Below are positions 57,682 through 64,000 of a stretch of DNA of 64,000 nucleotides, one piece after another. The DNA is taken from positions 310,001 to 374,000 of the forward strand of contig NZ_SMNA01000002.1 of NCBI RefSeq assembly GCF_004353825.1, in the 5' to 3' direction. Every line of letters begins with the position of its first letter. The first letter of the stretch is position 1. This DNA is from Occultella glacieicola (GTDB lineage Bacteria > Actinomycetota > Actinomycetes > Actinomycetales > Beutenbergiaceae). The translations under genes were made by a program, and so were the position numbers. Below the pieces are notes generated by a model. That model made no database searches and was not told where the DNA came from. It saw only the letters and a program-made list of their open reading frames with translations.

Positions 57682-58653
57682 ATGGCCGCACTGAGCGTCG
57701 TCGTCGTGGGCTTCGAGGGTGCCGAACTCGTCGACATCTCAAGCGTGACCTCGACGCTGGCGGTCGCGAACCGGCTGGGTGCCCGCCCGGCGTACCGCGC
57801 CGAGCTTGCCACGATCGACGGTCGTGACATCGTGTGCGACTCGGGCCTACGGCTCGGTGCGCAGCGAGCCCTGGCGGATGTGTCCACCGTCGACACGCTG
57901 ATCGTCTCCGGCGGGCTCGGCCACGAGGCTGCGAGCCGGAGCCCCAACCTGATCCAACACGTCCGACGCCTCGCCGTGCGGGCCCGCCGGGTCGCGTCGG
58001 TCTGCACCGGCACCTCGGTGCTCGCCGCGGCCGGGCTCCTCGACGGGCGTCGCGCGACCACGCACTGGTTCTACGCGGCGGAGATCGCCGAGCGCTTCCC
58101 GCGGGTGCGACTCGACCCGGCGCCGATCTACGTCAGGGACGGCAAGGTCGCCACCTCCGGCGGGGTCACCGCCTCCCTCGATCTGACCCTGGCGTTCGTC
58201 GAGGAGGATCACGGCGCCGAGTTCGCCCGCTGGGTCGCGATGGGCATGGTCACCTACCTCCAGCGTCCCGGGAACCAGGCCCAGATGAGCATCTTCACCG
58301 CGGCACCGCGCGCCGACGACGCGGTCGTCAAACGGGTGCTCGACCACGCGACCGCCCATCCGGACGGCGACCTGCGCGCGGCAACCCTTGCCGGACTGGT
58401 CGGCGTCAGCACGCGGCAGTTGACCCGGCTCTTCCAGGAACGGCTCGGCCTCCCGCCGGCCAGCGCGGTCCGCCGGATCCGACTCGAGCTGGCCGCCCGG
58501 CTGGTCTCCACGACGGAGCTCTCGATGTCCCAGATCGCGGGGCGGTGCGGCTTCGGCTCGGCCGAGAGCCTGCGGCAGGCGTTCGTCAACCGCTACGGCG
58601 CCAGCCCGCGAAGCATGCGCGGCACGCACGCCCGGTCCCTGACCGGATCGTAG
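57682..58653 (+). CDS. GlxA family regulator (DJ-1/PfpI domain plus AraC HTH)
   Basis: ASVCTG, LLDGRRATTHW, TSGGVTASLDL, RPGNQAQMS, IAGRCGFGSAESLRQAF. Confidence 0.9.
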   Translation: MAALSVVVVGFEGAELVDISSVTSTLAVANRLGARPAYRAELATIDGRDIVCDSGLRLGAQRALADVSTVDTLIVSGGLGHEAASRSPNLIQHVRRLAVRARRVASVCTGTSVLAAAGLLDGRRATTHWFYAAEIAERFPRVRLDPAPIYVRDGKVATSGGVTASLDLTLAFVEEDHGAEFARWVAMGMVTYLQRPGNQAQMSIFTAAPRADDAVVKRVLDHATAHPDGDLRAATLAGLVGVSTRQLTRLFQERLGLPPASAVRRIRLELAARLVSTTELSMSQIAGRCGFGSAESLRQAFVNRYGASPRSMRGTHARSLTGS

Positions 58654-58870
58654 GTCGTCGCCGCCGTCAGGATTGGCGTGCGGACCGGCGACCGCGCTTG
58701 CCGAAACCGTGACGGTACCTAGACTCGGAGCGTGCCCACGCTGCCGAGCAGCCCGGGTCACCCGACATCCATATCCTGCTCGGCTTGCAGCCCGCGAGCC
58801 TCGGCCGCGTGTCACGCGGTAGTGCCCCGCCGGATCGGCGGGGTTCACGATGAGGTGAAGGGAATCAGAC

Positions 58871-60088
58871 ATGGGTGGCAACAAGGCCGTGGCCTACAAG
58901 GGACCGGGTGTCGTCGAGGTCATCGACATCGACTACCCCACGTTCGAGCTGAAGGATGGACCGGGCGTCAATCCGGCGAACGTGGGCCGGAAGGTGCCGC
59001 ACGGCGCCATCCTCAGGACGGTCGCGACGAACATCTGCGGTTCGGACCAACACATGGTGCGCGGCCGGACCACGGCACCGGCCGATCTGGTCCTCGGCCA
59101 TGAGATCACCGGCGAAGTGGTGGAGGTGGGTCCCGGTGTGGAGTTCATCGCCGTGGGTGACCTGGTCTCCGTGCCGTTCAACATCGCCTGCGGACGCTGC
59201 CGCAACTGCAAGGAGCGCAAGACCGGCATCTGTCTGAACGTGAATCCGGATCGGCCGGGCAGCGCCTACGGGTACGTGGACATGGGTGGCTGGGTGGGCG
59301 GCCAGGCGGAGTACGTGCTGGTGCCCTATGCGGACTGGAACCTGTTGAAGTTCCCGGACAAGGACCGGGCGATGGAGAAGATCCTGGATCTGGCCATGCT
59401 CTCCGACATCTTTCCCACCGGGTTCCATGGCGCCGTGACGGCCGGGGTCGGGGTCGGTTCGACGGTCTACGTGGCCGGCGCGGGCCCGGTCGGCCTGGCT
59501 GCGGCCACTTCGGCGCTGCTGCTCGGGGCGTCGGCGGTGATCGTCGCCGACATGAACGCCGACCGGCTGGCGCAGGCGGCATCGTTCGGCTGCGAGACGG
59601 TGGACCTGACCAAGGGTGGCCCGGTGGAGCAGATCGAGCAGATCCTCGGGGTGCCGGAGGTGGACTGCGGGATCGACGCGGTCGGGTTCGAGGCGAAGGG
59701 GCACGGCGAGGGTGCCGGCGAGGCACCGGCGACCGTCCTGAACGACCTGATGGACCTCACGGCGGCCGGTGGGGCGCTGGGCATCCCCGGCCTGTACGTG
59801 ACCGGCGACCCGGGCGGGATCGACGAGGCCGCGAAGAAGGGGGCCCTCTCCCTCAGCCTCGGCACCGGGTGGGCCAAATCGCTGTCCTTCACCACCGGTC
59901 AGTGCCCGGTCATGAAGTACAACCGGGAACTGATGATGGCCATCCTGGGCGACCGCGTGCAGATCGCCGCCAACGTGAACGCGTCCGCGATCTCGCTGGC
60001 AGACGCGCCGCGGGGGTACGCCGAGTTCGACAAGGGCGCAGCACAGAAGTACGTGCTGAACCCGAACGGCTACCTCGACGCCGCCTAG
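58871..60088 (+). CDS. fdhA: Glutathione-independent formaldehyde dehydrogenase
   Basis: TNICGSDQHMVRGRTTAP, GHEITGEV, structural Zn CGRCRNC..C, LSDIFPTGFHGA, GIPGLYVTGDPG, GQCPVMKYNR. Confidence 0.92.
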   Translation: MGGNKAVAYKGPGVVEVIDIDYPTFELKDGPGVNPANVGRKVPHGAILRTVATNICGSDQHMVRGRTTAPADLVLGHEITGEVVEVGPGVEFIAVGDLVSVPFNIACGRCRNCKERKTGICLNVNPDRPGSAYGYVDMGGWVGGQAEYVLVPYADWNLLKFPDKDRAMEKILDLAMLSDIFPTGFHGAVTAGVGVGSTVYVAGAGPVGLAAATSALLLGASAVIVADMNADRLAQAASFGCETVDLTKGGPVEQIEQILGVPEVDCGIDAVGFEAKGHGEGAGEAPATVLNDLMDLTAAGGALGIPGLYVTGDPGGIDEAAKKGALSLSLGTGWAKSLSFTTGQCPVMKYNRELMMAILGDRVQIAANVNASAISLADAPRGYAEFDKGAAQKYVLNPNGYLDAA

Positions 60089-60157
60089 GAGTCGGGCGAG
60101 GTCCGACCCGGTCCGACCGTCGGGGTCGGCGCCGGTGTCGGATCTCCCCGGGGCGGT

Positions 60158-61321
60158 TCAGATGGCGCGGGCCAGGCTGCGCCGCAGCAGCACGGACCCC
60201 AGTGCCAGCAGCACGACGGCGAACGCCAGGAGCACCCCGAGTTCTACGGCGATGTCCGCCAGGGTGCCGCCGCGGCGGGTCACCTCGGCGAACGCCTCGT
60301 AGGCCCAGGCGTGCGGAGTGAAGTGGGCCACCGTCGCCAGCGTGTCCGGGAACAGCTCGAGCGGGAGCATGCAGCCGCCGAGCGCGGCGAGGACCAGGCC
60401 GAGCCCCACCCCGAGGCCCGATGCGGCACTGTCGTTGTCGAGCGCGGAGCCCAGAACCATGGCAGCACCGGCGGCCACGGCCGCGAACATCGCGAGGATC
60501 AGCGTGGACAGGGCGAGGTTGCCCCACTCGACGCCGAACAGCAGGGCGGTGCCGACCATGATGTACAAGCCCTGCACCATGGCGATCACCCACCGGCCGA
60601 GCGCCTCGCCACCGATCACCTGCACCGGAGCGACCGGGGCGGCGAGGGTCCGGGCCACCACCCGGTACTTGCGGGCCTGGATCAGGGTCGCCGATCCGGC
60701 CAGGCTGTTGAGGAACACGAACAGCAGGACCTGCGCGGAGGCACCCACCGTGAACCCGGAGGCGCCCGCGAACGCCTCGGAGACGCTGGACTCACTCGTC
60801 ACCGTCACGGAGGGCGCCACCACCTGCGACCCAGCGGTCTCGAGTGCCTCGTCGACGGCCGCCGGGTCCGCACCCGCACCGACGAGCGCCGCCTCCTGGC
60901 GCAGCCGCAGCTGGAGCGAGTTCAGGGCCCGGTCGACCTGTTGCCGGGTGGTGATCGCGCCGCCGCTCGAGCTCGACGTCACCACGACGGTCAGGTCCTC
61001 GTCGGCGTCGAACGCGGCCGCAGCCGCGTCGGTGAGCTCCAGGCCCAGGTCCACCCGGCCGCGGGCGATCTGCTCGCTCGCCGCATCCGGAGCCGCGTAG
61101 CTGACGGTGACGTCGGCCTCCTCGAGCTCGGCAACGAGGGCGGAGCGCAGCGAGGAGTCCGCCCCGCTGATCACCACCCGGCCCGACGACGACCCGGCCC
61201 CGAACTGGGAACCGATCAGCACCACCAGGATCAGGGGGAACACGAACACGAAGAACAGGTTGGAGCGGTCCCGCAGGAACCGCCGCAGCTCCACCCCCGC
61301 GATGGCTGCGACGGTCCTCAT
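60158..61321 (-). CDS. ABC-2 type exporter permease
   Basis: LRRFLRDRSNLFF, ALGGCMLPLELFP, FTPHAWA. Confidence 0.88.
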   Translation of the reverse strand: MRTVAAIAGVELRRFLRDRSNLFFVFVFPLILVVLIGSQFGAGSSSGRVVISGADSSLRSALVAELEEADVTVSYAAPDAASEQIARGRVDLGLELTDAAAAAFDADEDLTVVVTSSSSGGAITTRQQVDRALNSLQLRLRQEAALVGAGADPAAVDEALETAGSQVVAPSVTVTSESSVSEAFAGASGFTVGASAQVLLFVFLNSLAGSATLIQARKYRVVARTLAAPVAPVQVIGGEALGRWVIAMVQGLYIMVGTALLFGVEWGNLALSTLILAMFAAVAAGAAMVLGSALDNDSAASGLGVGLGLVLAALGGCMLPLELFPDTLATVAHFTPHAWAYEAFAEVTRRGGTLADIAVELGVLLAFAVVLLALGSVLLRRSLARAI

Positions 61322-62484
61322 CGGGACACCCCCCGGTCGGGGATCAGCCGGGCCACCACGAGCATCACCACGGCGAAGCCGAGCATGATCGCGATCGGCG
61401 CCGCGAGGTCGGCGAGCCCACCGCCGCCCGAGGTGATCCCGAGTCCCCGGGTGAAGGCCGCGATCGGGTTCAGGTCGAGGACCCGCGCGAGCGCCCCGGA
61501 CGCGCTCACCGGGAAGAACGCGCCTCCGGAGATGCCGAGCACCATGGCCAGGATCGACTGGATGATGCCGGCCTGCTCGGCGGTGCGGGCGAGGCGCACC
61601 ACGATGAACGTCAGTGACGTGATCGCCGTGACCACCGACAGGATCAGGAGCCCGACCAGGGCGAGTGGTCCGAACGAGACGTCGAAGAACAGCCCGCCGA
61701 GAGTCAGCAGGACCGAGGTCGCGACGACGCCGAGGATGAACCCGGTCAGCGCCTTCGCGAGCACGATCAGGCCTGGGCGCATCGGCATCGACTGGAGCCG
61801 GGCCAGCGTGCCCTCCTGCCGCTCGGCGATCAGGCCGAGCACGCCGAACCCGACCGTGAACGTCAGGAACAGACCGGCCTGGCCGGCCACGAGCGAGGCC
61901 CCGGGCCCGAGCTGCTCGTCGGACGTCTGGCCCGCAACGGTGTCGATGGTCGGCCCAGCGGTGGCCGCCTCCTGCGCGACCCGCCCCAGCTCCTCGGGGT
62001 TCAGTCCCAGCCCGCCGCCCGCCGTGGCTGCGACGGTCCCCGCCGCGTAGGCGTCGAGCACGGACTGGCTGACGACGATCACGACGCCGGTCTCGAGCCC
62101 GGAGGTGTCCCCCTCGACGAACTCGAGTGCGCCGCCGGTGCCGGAGAGCACGTCCTGGCCGAAGCCGTCCGGAACGATCATGGCCAGGTTGACCTCGCCG
62201 TCGGCCACGGCCGTTCGCGCCGTCCCGGCCGACATCTGCTCGACGGTGACGTCGATGACGCCGGTCCCGGTGATCGCCTCGACGAGCGTCCCCGCAACCT
62301 CGTCGTCGGCCGGTGCCGATACCGCGACCGTCACGGGCTCGAGCTCGATCTCGTCGGTCCCACCGAAGACGAGGTTGAACACGAACATCAGGGCAAGCGG
62401 CACGATCAGCGAGAAGATGATCACCGACTTGTCGCGGATGCGTTGGCGCAGGTCGGAGGTGGTCATCACCCAGAGTTGACGCAT
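61318..62484 (-). CDS. ABC-2 type exporter permease
   Basis: DLRQRIRDKS, ERQEGTLARL, ISGGAFFP. Confidence 0.88.
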   Translation of the reverse strand: MRQLWVMTTSDLRQRIRDKSVIIFSLIVPLALMFVFNLVFGGTDEIELEPVTVAVSAPADDEVAGTLVEAITGTGVIDVTVEQMSAGTARTAVADGEVNLAMIVPDGFGQDVLSGTGGALEFVEGDTSGLETGVVIVVSQSVLDAYAAGTVAATAGGGLGLNPEELGRVAQEAATAGPTIDTVAGQTSDEQLGPGASLVAGQAGLFLTFTVGFGVLGLIAERQEGTLARLQSMPMRPGLIVLAKALTGFILGVVATSVLLTLGGLFFDVSFGPLALVGLLILSVVTAITSLTFIVVRLARTAEQAGIIQSILAMVLGISGGAFFPVSASGALARVLDLNPIAAFTRGLGITSGGGGLADLAAPIAIMLGFAVVMLVVARLIPDRGVSR

Positions 62485-62488
62485 CGGA

Positions 62489-63454
62489 TCAGTCCCGCAG
62501 CGCTTTGCCGGTCAGGTGCAGGAAGACCTGCTCGAGGTTCGGGCGGGTGATCTCGACGTCGGCCAGCGTCACGCCCGCCGCGGTGGCTCGGGTGACGAGT
62601 TCGGCGACGGCGGTGGGCGCGTCGCGGACGGCGAGGGAGAGTCCGGTCCGGTCGGCGTCGACCTGCTCGACGGCGGCCAGGCCACCCAGGGCGTCGGCGG
62701 CCGCGGCGAGGTCACCGGAACCGTCCAGCCGGACCCGGTCCAGCCCTCCGATGAGCCGGATCAGTTCGTCCCGGGTGCCCTCGGCCTGCAGTTGACCCGA
62801 GTCGACGATGCCGATGCGGTCGCAGAGCCGCTCGGCCTCCTCCATGTAATGGGTCGTGTACAGCACCGCCATTCCCTCGCCCGACAACGCTTCCACCGAC
62901 TCCAGGATCGCGTTGCGCGACTGTGGGTCGACGCCGACGGTCGGCTCGTCGAGGATGAGCAGGGTCGGTCGGTGCAGCAGTCCGATCCCGATGTTCAGGC
63001 GGCGCTTCATACCGCCGGAGTACTCCTTGGCCGGGTCACCGGCTCGGTCGGTCAGCCCCACCAGATCGAGGACCTCGTCGACGCGGGTGGCGAGTTCCTT
63101 GCCGCCCAGGCCCTGCAGCCGGCCGAAGAAGTTCATGTTCTCCCGGCCCTTGAGCTCGGGGTAGATGGCCAGGTCCTGGGGCACGAGCCCGATGTGCCGT
63201 TTCCCGGCGACCCGAGACGGCCCCATCTGCTCACCGAGGACTCGGACCGCTCCGGAGTCGGCGGCGAGCAGCCCGGCGATCATCGAGATCGTCGTGGTCT
63301 TGCCGGCACCGTTGGGCCCGAGCAGACCGTAGGTCTCGCCCGGTGCGATCTCGAAGGAGATGCCGTCGACGGCGGTGAGGTCACCGAACCTGCGCACCAC
63401 CGCCTCGACCTCGAGCACCCGTTGACTCGTCGTGCTACCGCGCTCGTGCGCCAC
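62489..63454 (-). CDS. ABC-2 exporter ATP-binding protein (DrrA/LnrL-like)
   Basis: GPNGAGKTT, YSGGMKRRL, LDEPTVGVDPQSR, TTHYMEEAERLCDR; start uncertain. Confidence 0.9.
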   Translation of the reverse strand: MAHERGSTTSQRVLEVEAVVRRFGDLTAVDGISFEIAPGETYGLLGPNGAGKTTTISMIAGLLAADSGAVRVLGEQMGPSRVAGKRHIGLVPQDLAIYPELKGRENMNFFGRLQGLGGKELATRVDEVLDLVGLTDRAGDPAKEYSGGMKRRLNIGIGLLHRPTLLILDEPTVGVDPQSRNAILESVEALSGEGMAVLYTTHYMEEAERLCDRIGIVDSGQLQAEGTRDELIRLIGGLDRVRLDGSGDLAAAADALGGLAAVEQVDADRTGLSLAVRDAPTAVAELVTRATAAGVTLADVEITRPNLEQVFLHLTGKALRD

Positions 63455-63540
63455 TCGGCCCCCAGCAATCGATTCGTCCCCGGTCCGGTGCCATCGTGGC
63501 ATACCCCGGCGCCCACGTGGAGGGCCCGTAGGCTGCGGAT

Positions 63541-64000
63541 GTGCACCCCTCTCGCGCCGGACTCACCGATCTCGCGGCCAGGGCCGCCGCGGGGCGCTTC
63601 GAGCCGCTCGGCGGGGCACACGCCTACTCGCGGGAGGCCGCCAAGGGTTTCCGGCGGTCCGGGGTGCTGTTGCTATTCACCCCGACGGCGTCCCCCGGCT
63701 CGGGCGCGGACTCGAACTCGGGTCAGGGTCTGGACCTGTTCCTGGTCCAGCGGTCCCCGTTGCTGCGGCACCATCCGGGGCAGATCGCGCTCCCGGGTGG
63801 ACGGCTCGAGCCCGGTGAGGACGCGGTCGCCGCCGCCGTGCGCGAGGCGCACGAGGAGACCGGGATCAGTCCCGACCAGGTGGAGGTCCTCGGGCCGATC
63901 CCGCCGGTCCTGGTGCCGCTGAGCGAGTTCGTGGTCACGCCCGTCCTGGCCTGGTCGGAGACCGCCCACGCGGGCGACGAGGTGGAACCCGGAGAGGTGC
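63541..64000 (+). CDS. Nudix CoA pyrophosphatase, runs off the window (not in the ORF track)
   Basis: GTG 63541 six nt after TAGGCT; RSGVLLLF, QRSPLLRHHPGQIALPGG, Nudix box GGRLEPGEDAVAAAVREAHEETG, FVVTPVLAW. Confidence 0.88.
   Translation, partial: MHPSRAGLTDLAARAAAGRFEPLGGAHAYSREAAKGFRRSGVLLLFTPTASPGSGADSNSGQGLDLFLVQRSPLLRHHPGQIALPGGRLEPGEDAVAAAVREAHEETGISPDQVEVLGPIPPVLVPLSEFVVTPVLAWSETAHAGDEVEPGEV

Noticed and set aside
1..64000. Mobile elements, prophage, tRNA or rRNA genes
   Set aside because: No transposase, integrase or phage structural motifs, no terminal repeats with target duplications, no tRNA cloverleaf recognised, and composition looks uniform; by-eye inspection could miss small RNAs

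Overview
Gene-dense, very GC-rich chromosomal segment from an actinobacterium (gene content such as whiB1-pdtaS, DUF2505, adoK-like kinase and actinobacterial Tad genes suggests Micrococcales; the taxon is an inference). About 58 CDSs are supported: ectoine ABC importer ehuBCDA; a GPH-type MFS + PLP lyase + TIGR03086-like cluster; a seven-gene Tad/Flp pilus locus; a Ser/Thr kinase; three sugar ABC clusters (GH32/fructoside-type with LacI, glucose-type, cellobiose-type with LacI); a two-component system with ABC/FtsX exporter; RecQ, SRAP, HhH-GPD and AlkZ-like DNA-repair genes; an orphan FHA-FtsK/EccC-like ATPase; whiB1/pdtaS; fdhA; an ABC-2 exporter; and a partial Nudix CoA pyrophosphatase. 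I saw no rRNA, tRNA, CRISPR array, transposase, integrase or prophage. I did not find an unambiguous new multi-gene system. The strongest oddities are a single extra base that fuses tadB to tadC in frame, a non-canonical Flp pilin, a leaderless uORF coupled to the kinase, a 42-bp-repeat coiled-coil protein with core histidines, the uncharacterised MFS-lyase-TIGR03086 operon, and several operator architectures readable directly from the DNA. Product calls come from motif recognition by eye, not from database searches.
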